Shown here: positions 43,796 to 56,458 of the stretch, one piece after another | How the letters are laid out: each line of letters begins with the position of its first letter | How positions within the stretch are numbered: position 1 is the first letter of the stretch | Assembly: GCF_036321535.1 (NCBI RefSeq) | Contig: NC_087462.1 | Span: 7,998,001-8,062,000 of the forward strand | Source of the DNA: Camelus dromedarius | Taxonomy: Eukaryota | DNA length: 64,000 nucleotides | Reading direction: 5' to 3' | Program-made: the position numbers and the translations under genes | Notes under the pieces: model-generated | What the model saw: the letters and a program-made list of their open reading frames with translations, nothing else | What the model was told of the DNA's origin: nothing | The model's database searches: none

Positions 43796-46700
43796 TTAGA
43801 TGCAGTCCATGGAGTTCTCAGGGAGGAGGCCAGGGATGCAGCCAGAGAGACCCAAGCCCTTGATGGGAGTGCAGCTGAGGGGGAGGCCACAGCCCAGGGT
43901 GGGGTCCTGGTTCTCTATGGCCTCCAGCCTGTCTGTGTTGTTGTCCCAGTTGATATGGAAGCGGGTCACCCGGGGGTTTGAGGCCAAGATGTTCCGCTGG
44001 AGCTGGGGCAGGAAGAGGAACGTCAACACTTGTTAGCACACCGTCTAGCTACTCCCATAAAGCTGGGGCATTCTCAGACCCCCACCGCAAGCCCAGGAAG
44101 AGCAGACCTTGCTTATTCCATCACCACCAACAATACGTGTAGAATGCAAGGGAATGCCTATGCAGTGATTCAGGGCCGGGGCCTATCTAATCTTTATTCT
44201 GTGAGGCAAACTTCGACAAAGAGCTTTCTCTCTCCTGTTCCAGCCCCATGCTGCCAGATCTGAGCACTACTTGAAAACTTTAAGAAGTGACGTTGGCTTC
44301 CAAGTCCAAGGACTCAACTAACCCCAGGTGCAAAAGAGCCTGCCTATCTGAAGCAGGAAGTGCAGCGACAGGCCCCACCTGAGAGAAGTCTGGCTTCAGG
44401 GGTGGGTTCTCCCGCAGCTCAGGGTTGGGGTACTCATTGTTGACATAGTAGCCCACTCGGATGAACTCCTGTCCATGGTAGGTGCAGGTGATGAGAACCA
44501 CAGTCACACCCACGGCGTCGGTCTCCGGGATGAGGGATGGATTGGGGGCATCAGCCTAGGGGGAACATATGCTGGGCCTTAGCACTGATTGCCAGTCACG
44601 CCTTGACTGGTAATACAACGATTCTCAGGCAACACATCTTTACTGAGCCAAAAGTATGGTTTCTGCCCTTGGGAGTTTTCAGTCGAGTAGGGAAGACAGA
44701 ATCAATCATACAAATGGCTGTAAAATGCCAAATGTGACAGATGTCACCCAGGAGAAGTATATGGTGCTAAGGAGGAGTATAGTAAGCAAGGGGGAGATTG
44801 GTATAAAATGAGGCTGAACAGGTGGTCAGGTGGGTACCAGGGCAATCATGGCCTGCTGGGCCAGTTCAAGGGCTTAGAAAAGACCGAGAACGTTTAGCAA
44901 GATGTAAGTATGGCATTGCTCCTGTCTGAAAAGCTGCCTCTGGAGGCCAGTGGAGCTGTGATAGGAGGAGGGCTCAGTGGGGTCAAGGAGACTAAGCAGG
45001 AGGCTACAGAGGTCATCCTGAGAGAATGACAGTGGCCTGGACCAGGCAGTAGAGAAAGACAGAAGTGGACAGATCTGGCGTGTGTTGTTACTGACAGGAT
45101 GGGCTACGTAAATGGTGCAAAATGAGACCAATACAAAATGAGACCACGGAGCCTCCTGTTCAAAAATTGTTAAGTTTCAGCCAATGACAGCAGAACATTA
45201 TAGCAAGCGTGGGGCGCTGTGTGACTGCATGCCCAGGAAGCCGGCCCTGCTTGTTGGGTAGACAGGGCTGGTGGACCGGATGTAAGTGGGTGAGGGCTTA
45301 GGTGATGGGATGAGGTTGCTTAGACTAGGGCTGGAATAGCCAAGGCGGAAGTTAAGTGAATGGATCTGAGCAGAGGCTCTCAAACTTTAGTGTGCCTAAG
45401 AATGACACTGAATCTGCTTTTCTGACAACCCCTGTGATGACGGGTTAGAGAGCCATTTAGCAGCTGCAGTGGATCCTCCTTATTCACGGATTCTGTATTT
45501 GTAAATTCGACTACTTGCTAAAATGTACTTATAACCCCCAATCGATAGTCCGGGGCTTTCATGATCATTCGAGGACATGCACAGAGCAAGGGATTTGAGT
45601 AGCCCAGTGTGTATGTTTCCAGCTGAGGTAGAATGAGGTAACACTCTGCCTTTTTGTTCCAGCTCTCAGACTGTAAACGTGCTTCCTTTTTTGTGGTCTT
45701 AGTTTTTTTTGCATTTTTTTGTGTTTTGCTGGTAATTTTGCTGTTTAAAAGGGCCCCAAAGCATAGTGCTGAGTGCTGTCTAATGTCCACAAGAGCGAGA
45801 AGGCGGGGATGTACCTGACGGAGAAAATCCGTGTGTCAGATAAGCGTTGTTCAGGCGTGAGTTATAGTGCTGTGGGCCATGAGTTCAATGTGAGTAAACC
45901 AACAATACTACTAAGCCAGGGAATCTTTAAACAGCAAAACACACAAGATTAAGTATTGACTGGCTAACAAAAATGTGACTCACAGGAACCTAACCCTGTA
46001 TTCCCTCTAGTATTCACTAATTCAGCGTTTGCAGCAACTTTATAGAGCAAAACTCCCAGGAATAATGAGGCTCAGCTGTCAGTCAGTGGCTCCTGGTAAC
46101 AGCTGTGACATAGAGGTGGAGGAGAGAAAGGTATCTGAAGCACCTTTGAGGTCAGACAGGGCTTGAGAGCAGAGCCAGGATTTGAACCTGCACTTTGGAC
46201 CACTGAACCACTGTGTGTGCTTCTGGGTAGAAGAGGATGTTTCTAGGCGTCAAGGCCTAAGGGATTCTTACCTGAAAGACGAACATGTGTCTCCCTGCTG
46301 GGACAGGGCCAACCAGCACCGAGTCTAGGATTTGATCAAACTCCTCACTTTCAGCTGAGCCAACATAGATGATCTTCCACTCTAGGTCTGCAAGGACACA
46401 GGGCGTTAAGGAATTGAAAAAGCTCGACAGCAAGAAGGTCGGGAAGGGGGTCTTCTCGTGTTAGTTTTGGAATAAGTCCTTAATACACATAGATTTTTAT
46501 ACCCAAGAACACCTGACATCCACTGGGCATTATATGCCAGGACTGTGGTCCTGAACACTGGGGAAGGTGCGAAGCTCTATTTCCAGTGGGGAAGTTTCTC
46601 CTGTGAGCCTAGCTTTGCCAGATGACCTTGACCCTGCACCTCTGGGGAAAATCGGGCCTCATAGAGCCTGAGGGTGAACCGTATGGCAGAGGTTGAATTA

Positions 46701-49700
46701 AGGGCCACGTGATGGAGGCACAAAGGCGGGCCGAGGAGGGAATGGCAGGGATTTGGGCCATTTCAGGGCCCTGCCCTCTGGGTGCTGGGATAGGAAGCAG
46801 CATCCTCTTTCACACACAGGGACCGGTGCCACCGAACTGAGTAGATCCCTCGACAACTGGGGCAGGGCAGTAGACTGCAGTCCAGCAGGAGAGCCAGCCG
46901 GCAGGAGAGGGAAGACAAGGTCGCTGGGGGAGCCGGCCAGTTCCCAGGTCCTCCAAACCCAGCACCAAGTCCTGCCTGCTCTCAGACATTCGGGCAACAG
47001 TGACTCGGTCGACAAATGTGGCATCATAAGTCAATCCTCTGAACCCCAACTCTCTTGCATCCTGTCCAGTAGGGGGACCCCCATGCCTGGGTATGTTCCA
47101 GCAAGATAAAAGGAAAAGGGCTTAATGAGACCCTGCCCATCAATCACAGGAAATTCCCAGTGACTGTGGCTGCTTGCTGGAGGTCCAAGTGTATCAGGGA
47201 CAAGGTCACGCTAGTACAGGGAAATTTGGCAAGAGACCTGAAACTTATTTTAGGTTCTTTGAAATTACACAACCCATGGCTCCAGCAGCCAGGGAAAGTT
47301 TCACAAGTGGCAATTTTCACAGGAAGCAAACTGTTCCTTGGTCCCATAAGAGCATCCAACTTTGGAAGTACAGCAATGCCAGGCCATGACTAGGGAGGTT
47401 TGTCGCCTGAGATCCAAGCTCTTCCTCGACACACTGGCTTCACATCCCTTTGCAGTTTATATCCAGGCCTTCTACTCAGGGACCCTAGCAGGTCTGTAGG
47501 ATATGGTGGCCACTGGGCTCACTGGGATTCAGTCAAACTCATCTCTTATTTGTAGGGAGGAGTTAAGTTTATTGATTTGTTTTTGTTACAAGTAGTGACA
47601 AAACTAGATACAACATGTTTTTGGACGAAGAGAAAACAAGCTAGCTTTGTTCTCACCCTTCCAACAAATTCTATCATTTGGTATCTTTCCTTCTGGCCTT
47701 TTCCCCCATCACCAGTGGAGTCACGGAACATGCATGTGCATTTAACTAATGTGCTGGGGGGAAACAAAAAGATTTAAATAGCACACAGGCCCTGGTGTAT
47801 GCCATGGGCGCTCAGTGTTCAATACAGTTGGCAAAACCTAAACAAAGACTGTGGATGCAGACCGGAAGAGAGAAACGCAGGCGGCCAGGTAAACGGGCTG
47901 CAATGGCTCCCTCTGCGCAAGCCGGAAAGAAACCAGAGAATTAACCAAGCACCACAGAGAAATCCTGACTCAAAGAGTTAGAGGAACTGATAAAATCGTC
48001 TATGGAAGAGAGAAGATGACTGAAATGAGGACCTACAAGTTGGAATCTCCTTAAACCTACTAAAGCTGTAAGCAAAAGCGTACTTAAGCGACTCCAGTTT
48101 TGAATTAGATATGGGGCATCAATCACCTACACAGCACAAGCTCATTTCTAGTGAGGACAGGACACGATTGCACACACGTGACATTGTGTACCTAACCTTC
48201 TAAGCAATTTCAAGGGTAAATTGACTATGTTATGTTTTGTTTTTATGCCTTAGCTTTATAATCTAACCACTGCATAAGATGCTCCTCCACCATGTATGAA
48301 AACAAAACTAAAACCAACAATAAAAGACATGTAAAAAAAATTATTGTAGTTGAACTAGCTGGAGAATCTGTTTCCTGCCTTAAGAAAAAAACACAAAAAA
48401 ACAAAAAAACTTATCTAGTAGGTATTTTTGTTTATCACTTTGCCTTTGTTTGTATCATACCGATAAACCTTGGCCTGACCACTGCATGTTAGGTGTGGGT
48501 CAGAATGTCTGGATCCAAGACTTATTCAAGCAGTATCTGTTGAATTCCTCAACTAAATAGGGGAACAGCACATCTAATGTGTTGACGTGGACCCACGCGT
48601 TGGAAGCATCTATTTCCAGATGCTGAGAAGAGAGAGCAAAAGGAGTTTGGAGCCCTTGGGATAATTGGTCAACTGACTGAATGGTGGCTGGGTGTTCAGA
48701 GCTTCAGTCACCAGTGTCAAGGTGACAAGACTGATTGAGATTTCTCCAAGATCTAAGAGACTTCTAAAGCCAGGCTCACTCCATCTGTTTGGGAGACAGG
48801 AAACAAGTTCTCTCTGCTCTGTGGGAAGAGGCAGAAAGCAAGTTGGCAGGTCAGAGTTAAGGAGAGCCCTAGGGCTAGAGCCAAGGAGTCTCAACTTCCA
48901 GGCCAGAGTTGGCTTTCCAACTGGAATTTCTCTGAACAAAAGCTTTATTGTCCAGGTATAATTAATAATAGCACCCCCTTTTCCCCTTTTGACAGTGTTA
49001 TGTGGAAACAAATTCTATGCTCAGTCCTATTTATGCTCCACTTCTAAAATACGGGATGCAATCTTTCTTTACCAGGTTATAGAAAAGATAAAGAACCCTG
49101 GACAGAGAACTCAAAGACAAGACCTAGCGTCAATAATTCTACAAACCGGCTATGCGACCTTGGAGGTCATTCCATTTTTCTCTATTAAAAAATAATGACC
49201 AGCAGGTTGACTTTAGTCTTTCCTGCTCTCATTCTATAAACAAATTAGTAAAGTAACAGAGCAGGGGCGTTGTAGGAATAAAAGTGCTAGATAATGACCA
49301 TGCAACCATTTTTAAATGCAGGGAGCACAAACAGGCTGATTGAAACTTGATCTCCTGCCATCTGGGAACTGTGAATCCCTTAACCTATTAGCTCCTTACA
49401 TCTCCTCCTGGCTTTAAAATTAAATCTTATTCCACAGGGTCATTCTATACTTTATTTATTTATTTACACCCTGCCTTGTTCCAAAAAGGATTTAACTGGG
49501 CTTATTCTATAGTTAGTCACAAGTAGGCTCCTTAATTTAAAAAGGAGAGAAACCAGGGAGAGACTGATCCATTGGCCCAGCTCAAGCACACACACACATC
49601 AAAACTGCATCAACCCCAGCCTGGTCCAAGTGGCCGATCTGCGGGCAAACCACCTGCCTACCACTGAGAGGTGCTAGTTAGCACCCCCTGGCCTCACAGA

Positions 49701-51083
49701 ACTCCACCTGCTCGGCTGCTGCCTCTTCTCTTTTAACCACCAAGTGAAGTGGTCAAATGGAGTACTTCCTCCTGAAAGTGGTGCCAAGACTCGCTCAATG
49801 ACCTGAGATTTTTCGATTTTTATAGACCTTTACTGGAAAGGTCTTTTCCTCTTTGTGGCTCCCGTCTTCTCATCTGTGAGATGAGAGCCATGTCCACCTT
49901 TATCGCACAGAAGAATAAGTACATCTGTGAAAGCACCTCGGAAAAGATGCACAAAAGGTTGTGACCTCCCAGCTGATTGTTTAAAGCCTGATCCTGTCAG
50001 GGCTCAACCTGGCACACCCACCCCCAAGACTAGGTCAGATCCTCAAAAGTTTTGGGATTCTGCTGCAGTAGGTCAGCAGGAATCTGGCCAGCAAACAGTA
50101 GGAAACTGCTAATGCTCTCCTGGCCAGGCCGCCCCTCAGATTTGAGTGTGATCATTGAAGTCCACAGAGAGGAGGGAGGAACAGGAGCTGGGGAGACCGG
50201 TTATCTTCAAAGCCTGGAGCCAGAAGCCAGGCCATACTCCCCAGGTGGAGCTGGGGCCAGACTAAGGAGGGAAGCCTGGTTAAAGGTGTAGAAAACAAAC
50301 AGAAGTGGGTGAAGTTGGGGTTGTTTAAATATCAGCAGGTAGGGGAGGAGATTATGGGGAGACAAATGGGGAGATGGGGTGGTCTTGCCATAGGAAGAGA
50401 GGGTCTTCACAGGGAAAATGGGGAAGGGGGCTGAGATTTCCATATGGGAAATAGGAGGGGGCTGGGGTTTCCGTAAGAGAAATTTGAGGGGGCTGGATGT
50501 TGGGGTCACCATAGAAAAAAAATTAGGCGGAGTGTCTCGTTACAGGGAAAAAGGAATTGGTGGGGAAGACTGGGTGGCTGGAATGGCAATCTGCTCATAC
50601 AGAAATAGAAGGTGGGGGTGTTTCTTACTACAGGGAAGACGGGGTGGCTGAGGATCTCTTCAGGTTAAAGAAAGGAGGCTGAGGTCTTAACATAGTAAAC
50701 GGGTGTCCAGGAGGAGCGCCACAGGAGAAAGAGGAGGATGATGAGGACTCCACGGGGGAGAACGGGAGTAGTCGTGAGGGTGGGGAGTGGGGGTAGTCTC
50801 CAAAGGGAGGTTGGGGCTGGAGGGGGGATTGGTTCACGGGAGATCGGGGTTTGGGGAGAAGGAGTGTGTTTCACAGGGTTGGCCTCCGGGTAGTCTCCAA
50901 GGGAAAGTCGGGGTTGGCCTAGGGGAGNNNNNNNNNNNNNNNNNNNNNNNNNNNNNNNNNNNNNNNNNNNNNNNNNNNNNNNNNNNNNNNNNNNNNNNNN
51001 NNNNNNNNNNNNNNNNNNNNNNNNNNNNNNNNNNNNNNNNNNNNNNNNNNNNNNNNNNNNNNNNNNNNNNNNNNNNNNNNNNN
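43796..51083 (-). CDS. ASF1B: Histone chaperone ASF1B; coding exon 1 inferred inside N gap 50928-51083
   Basis: Exons 46272-46387 ([39 protein letters not shown]), 44379-44555 and 43796-44002 (...[10 protein letters not shown]). A 109-nt phase-1 exon 1 would give 202 aa. PolyA signal at 42804-42809. Confidence 0.93.
45467..46079 (+). mobile_element. MER44/Tigger7-type DNA transposon remnant
   Basis: Left end cagtggatcctccttattcacgg, right end aataatgaggctcagctg, internal catagtgctgagtgctgtcta. Confidence 0.7.
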
Positions 51084-51189
51084 GCTGAGGCTAGAGCTGG
51101 GGCCGAGCCCGCGTCTTGGTCCCGTAGGGTCAGCAGAGCAGCGTTGCCCAAATCCACTCCCGCCTCTTCTGACCGCGGTCTGAAGCGCG

Positions 51190-51840
51190 TATCTTGTCCG
51201 CGCGCCTCCTTCAAATAGCCGGCCCCACCCTCTGGCCAATCACCGTCAACGCTCCCCGACGGCGCGAGCGCCCCCTCAGCCAATCCTGGAGCGCCGGTCG
51301 GCGCGCGCTGACTACCAGGACCAATCCATGGAACTCCCTCTCCAGGATGCGGGAGGGAGGTGGGACCTTTTCTTGGCTTCTTTGGGTGTCCGCCGGGAAC
51401 CAATCCCCAGAGTCTCCGACTCGGAAGTCAAGGGCGGGGTGGGCGGGGTCAGAGCGCGGGGCTCCTCCTGGCCAATCCCGAGGGTCCCCGCATTAGCGTG
51501 TTCGGCGCTTAGCCCCGCCCTTCCGGGAGACGCATCCAGCAGTGGGCAACGCGGCCAACCGCCGAGCGGTGGCGCGCGGTGCTCGCTTAAGAGGGCGGGA
51601 AGGGCGGTGCTTCACCCGCGGTGATTGGCAGGGAGGAGTGGGGCGGGGGTAAAGCAGGTTCTTTGAGAGGTGATTGGCTGAGTCGGCCGCGGGGCGGGAA
51701 GGGGTAAGATTCGGTTAGGGATTCGTGAGAGACGATCGGAAGTTGGCTGCGGTCGTGGTTGAGCCTGGTGTTCAGAGAAAGGAGGAGCGTTTGCGGACTC
51801 GGTGTCTGTCAGCAGGTGAGCGTTGCCGGAAGTTTCTCTA
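51190..51840. promoter_or_regulatory. ASF1B cell-cycle (CHR + multiple CCAAT) bidirectional promoter
   Basis: CHR TTTGAA on the minus strand at 51210-51215. CCAAT at 51236, 51280, 51321, 51400 and 51472; ATTGG at 51624 and 51673. ETS CGGAAGT near 51422, 51737 and 51827. Confidence 0.8.
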
Positions 51841-54186
51841 AGGGGCTCCCGGCCCTTAAGGCCCAGCGGCCTGGGAGTCCGTTGTGAACGTTGTGAACGT
51901 TTAACTCACCCCTGAAGGGAGAGAGTGCGGCGGTAATGCGGTTCACTGGGGCCTGGGACCAGGGAGTCAGGCCTGGTTCGAATGCCGCCCTCGCCCCCGC
52001 GAGAGCCTCTGGGAGGTTTCAGGTGGACAACCCTGTAAATGGGAGTTCGAATCTGGCCTCTGCCACTCACCGCGCGAGGTCACGTTTCCCCGCCGACTGA
52101 ACCGGGTCATGAAATTTTACTGGCATGACTTATGGCTACATGATAGAAACTTATAGAAACTTCTCTCCATCCACACTCCTAGCCCGGACCACCGTCGCTC
52201 CCTGTCTGGAAGACTCCAGGAACCTCCACACTCAGTCTCTCTGCTTCCAGACGCAACAACATCCCTAATTTTACACTTTTCTATAGTAACCACGTTAAAA
52301 AAAAAAGTTAAAAAAGAACAGGTTAAATTAACTTTAATATATGTAACCCAGTATAGCCAGAGTGTCATTTAAACATGTGATCCATATTAAAAAAAAAAAA
52401 ATCTGGGGTATGTTACATTGCATTACTCAATAGTAAGGATCTGAAATCCTGTGTATGTTTTACACTTAAACTGCATCTGTGATTCAGGTGCTACATTTTT
52501 ACCGGAAATAGTTTAGGTTTCATATAGTTTACCGCTGAAGTATAGGTTCACACGCCCAAGCTGTTCCCAGCATAGTTAAAAGTTTTTCATGAGCCCAATC
52601 TTTTTTGGTTGCTTTTAAATTGAAGCGTTACTTGATTTAAGTGACACGGAATGTTCGCGTTTCACAGTGGCACTAGCCACGTTCAGGTGCTCATGACCTC
52701 CTGTGCCTGCTGTATTATTGGGCAGTGCAGCTCTGAAACAGATTGGATCAGTCACAACTGCTTAAAATGTAAGTGGTTTTCTATTGTTGTCAGTGTGAGA
52801 GTACTTTCTTCAAGGCCCTACATGCGTTGTTTCTTACTCCCCACCCAGCTCCAACTTCAGTTCAGCAGACTGACCCTCTTTTTGTTCCATAAAAATCTGA
52901 CATGGCACTCCTTTTCTCCCAGCTCTTGGCATGGCTGGTACCTTCTTGTCATTCAGGTCTCTGCTCAAATGTCCTCTCCTGGGGAGACCTTTCCAAGGAT
53001 CTCCTAGACAGTGTTCAGATTCACAGGGTGTAAGCCTGAACAGTTTCAAGCCGCTAGCATTTCTTATCCAGCCTCCTCTGTGGCCTCTTGATGTCAGGCA
53101 TTTTTGTATCTACATCTCACAATAAGTGAAAAAAAAAATTTTTTTTTTTGGTTTTTTAATTGAAAGAATTATTTTGCTTTCCCCATTGAAAAGATTTGGC
53201 TGCAAGAAAATTCACATTATGATTGGCTATGATTTCTTGGCAGTCACTGGGCATACTTGGGAATTTTTGTGACTTGAGAAAATCTAATTTTCAAATTATT
53301 TCCGAATGTAATTTGATTGTTTATGAATATGAAATTTAATGATGAATGAAATTGTTATGATGTTATGTTTTCTAGACGTTTGATTAAACATTTATTCATT
53401 CCAACTTTGTAGTTTTCTTTTTGCATCATGGAACTTTTTTTTCCTTTATCCCCCCACCCCAGCCTTTTCATAGCCCCTAAAAAGCTCATCAGCCATGAGT
53501 ATTATGTCTGTGGTGCTAATGAAGAAAGTGGCCCTGTCTACAATGCCTTCTCCCTACAGCTGGCTGAATAATCTTCAGTTGTAAACCAGATCATGTCATT
53601 ACTCTGCTTAAAACCTTCAAAAGCTTATCATACCTAGAATGAAACTTAAGATCTTTACTGTGGCTTAGGAGGCCCTGCATGGTGGCCTCAGCTGACCTCT
53701 CAGGCCTCATCTATCAGTCTCTCTCTTGTCACCACTCTCAAGCCCTGCTGGCTTTATTTCCCGTCTTTCAACACACCACATTTATTCCTGCTGCAGGGCT
53801 TTGCACTTGCTGTTCCCTCTGCCTGGAGTGTGCTTCCTTCACATAATTGTGGGGCTGTTTCATTCTCATCATTTATGGTTCACCTCACATGTCCCTCCCA
53901 AAGGAGCCTTCTCAGACAACCCTAGTTAAAGTAGACCTTCATTAATCACAAAAGCCTTCTTTCTTATCTTAGGAACACTTACCAGAATCTGTATATATAT
54001 ATTGGTTTTACTTGTGCTTATTATCTCTTCATCCTTCAGTAGATTGAAAGCTGACTGAGGGCAGAGATCCCACCTGTCTCACATTGACCTCTCTGTATTT
54101 TCAGAGCTTAGCACAAGGCTTCACATATAGGAAGTCTTCAGTGATTTTTTTTTAAAAGAATAAATGTATATAAAGGGTTAGCATAA

Positions 54187-54312
54187 GGGGGAGGTATAGC
54201 TCAGAGGTACAGCACATACTTAGCATGCACGAAGTCCTGGGTTCAATCCCCAGTACCTCCATTAAAAAAAATAAAATATCCTAATACCACCCCCCCAAAA
54301 AAAGACAACTAA
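54187..54312 (+). mobile_element. tRNA-derived SINE (same family)
   Basis: GGGGGAGGTATAGCTCAGAGGTACAGCACATACTTAGCATGCACGAAGTCCTGGGTTCAATCCCCAGTACCTCC plus tail. Confidence 0.85.
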
Positions 54313-54687
54313 AAAGGAAGGGGGGCTAAGCATAGTACCTGGAATGTGAAAACTACTCCATAAACATGAACTGTTAGTAGTACATAGTAATAAGTCAACG
54401 TTTTTCTTATCTAATATTTCAGGTGCACTCACACTCAAAAAAGCATAAGAAATGCTGTAACAAAATACATTCTTACCCATTACCCAGCTTAGAAGTCAAA
54501 CTTACTGATGCAGTTGAAAGGCCTTCTATACCCCTGCCTCAAACTCATTCCTCTCTTCTTTTTTCAAATGTAACTACAATTATGGATTTGTGTATTCTTC
54601 TGTGCGTGTTTGTACATGTTTAATATATGCCTTTAAACTATATATAGTATTGTATGTCATGTTCTCCACTTTTACATGAATAATATC

Positions 54688-55213
54688 TGTGCAAAGAAGA
54701 ACTACTAGAGCAGGCCTAAGCCTGCTATCCTTAGAAAGTCCTGTTTGAAAGATTGGCCCTTGGCTGGTGTCTAGGAACTTGGATTTCAGGAGGTGCCTAC
54801 CATTTCCTAAATGATACAGGTGGCTCATGGTGCCAAAACTGTACAGTGTGGTTTGTGTTGAACACCTGCTTTCCTTCTGGAGTCTGGAAGTTTGGTACTT
54901 GACTAGCCCCCCAGAATACCCTGGGCACTGAGTCTCTAATGAGCTTTCCTGATGGACAACATTTCACACATGTTATCACAGCTCAGCTGTAGGAAGTAAG
55001 CACATCCTGTGTGACTCCACTGGGAGAAGACTCTTGGAAGCTTGTGCCTGGTTTCCTTCAGACTTTGCCCCATGAGCCTTTTCCCTTGGCTGATTTTGCT
55101 TTGTAACCTTTCGCTGTAAGAAACCATAGCCCTGAGTAGGCTATATGCTAAGTCCTTTGAGTCCTCCTAGTAAATCATTGAAACGATGGGTGATCTTGGG
55201 GACCCCTGACACA
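54688..55213 (+). mobile_element. Solo LTR (MER21-like)
   Basis: TG...CA ends (tgtgcaaag...gacccctgacaca) and a near 5-bp TSD (atatc/gtatc). Internal motifs ctgggcactgagtctctaatgagcttt and cctgtgtgactccactgggaga. Confidence 0.75.
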
Positions 55214-56458
55214 GTATCATACCGGATATATCCTGACAGGGCTGGAACTAGGAGGAGGAAAGCAAGGGCACAAAATTTAAGGAGGCACTCATTGTCAGTC
55301 ACACAAGTGCCAGCCTGTACCTGCATGACCCTGAGGGTGAGCGCCTCCTAAAATTTTCACTCTAGAAAACTAGCTTGCTTCACTCTGGTCCCAGCCCTAC
55401 CTTCTGAAGCTTGCTTTTTTTGGTCTAACATGATGCTTTTGAGATGTATATATGTGACACATGTGTAGCTCTAAGTCATTTTCACTGCTACATAGCTGTG
55501 CTGTCTGATGTGGTAGCTACATGTGGCTATTTGTATTTCAGTTAATCAAAATTAAATGAAAAATTAAATTCCCCAGCCACTTAGCTACTTTTCATATGTT
55601 TGATAGACACCTGTGGCTAATGGCTACCACATTAGAAAACTTAAAGAATACTTCCATGATCACCGGAAGTTTTGTTGGACAGTGTTTACTTATCCATTTA
55701 CCTCTTGCTTGATACTTAGTTTCCAGTTTTCTACTCTTACAAACAGCACTGTAGTGTTCATTGTTGTGCACGCTCTCTGTGTACACATGCAGGAGTCTCC
55801 CTAGGATACGTATCTAAGAGTTGAATTGCTGGGTTTGGGGAATATTCACCTTTACTTGATATTGCCAGTTCTTCAAAATGATCACTCCAGTTCTCACTAC
55901 CACCGGCAGTGTTGCTCTTGCTCAGTGTCCTTATCAACACTTGCTATTGTCAGACTTTAACATGTTTGTATCTCTGATGGGTGTGAATTAGTGGTTTCAG
56001 TTTGTATTACCCTGATTATGAGTGAGCTTGAGCTTTTATATGTGTTTATTGGGCCATTTGCCTTTTGTGAATTGCCTGTTCATATCTTTACCCATTTTCC
56101 TACTGGATTGTCCATCTCTTGAGTGCAGGAGTTCTTACATCTGAGGCTTTCCTCTTCATTTGTGTGGTATCTTCTGATGTTCAGAACTTATTATTATCAT
56201 TGTTATTATTTTATTATCAGAATTATAAATCTTCTTACAGTTTGTGTTTTTTTTTGTGTGTGTGCCTTGCTTAAAAAATCTCACTCTGAGGTCAGTAAGA
56301 TATCCTACTGTATTTTCTTCTGGAAGTTCTACTTTTCATATTTAGCTTTAAGAAGAAATCTACCTGGAATTTATTTTTGTTTATGATGTGTGGTAGGACT
56401 GTGTTGTAAAAATTTTAATGTGGTAACCAGTTGTCTCAGCTCTATTTACTGAGGAGTC

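Noticed and set aside
47540-48500. AT-rich, 3' UTR-like segments with AATAAA in ASF1B intron 1 as a possible retrocopy
   Set aside because: I could not identify a parent gene, an ORF remnant or TSDs; a BLAST search would be needed.
53129-53149. A10T11 inverted homopolymer
   Set aside because: A common low-complexity feature in AT-rich repeat-derived DNA.
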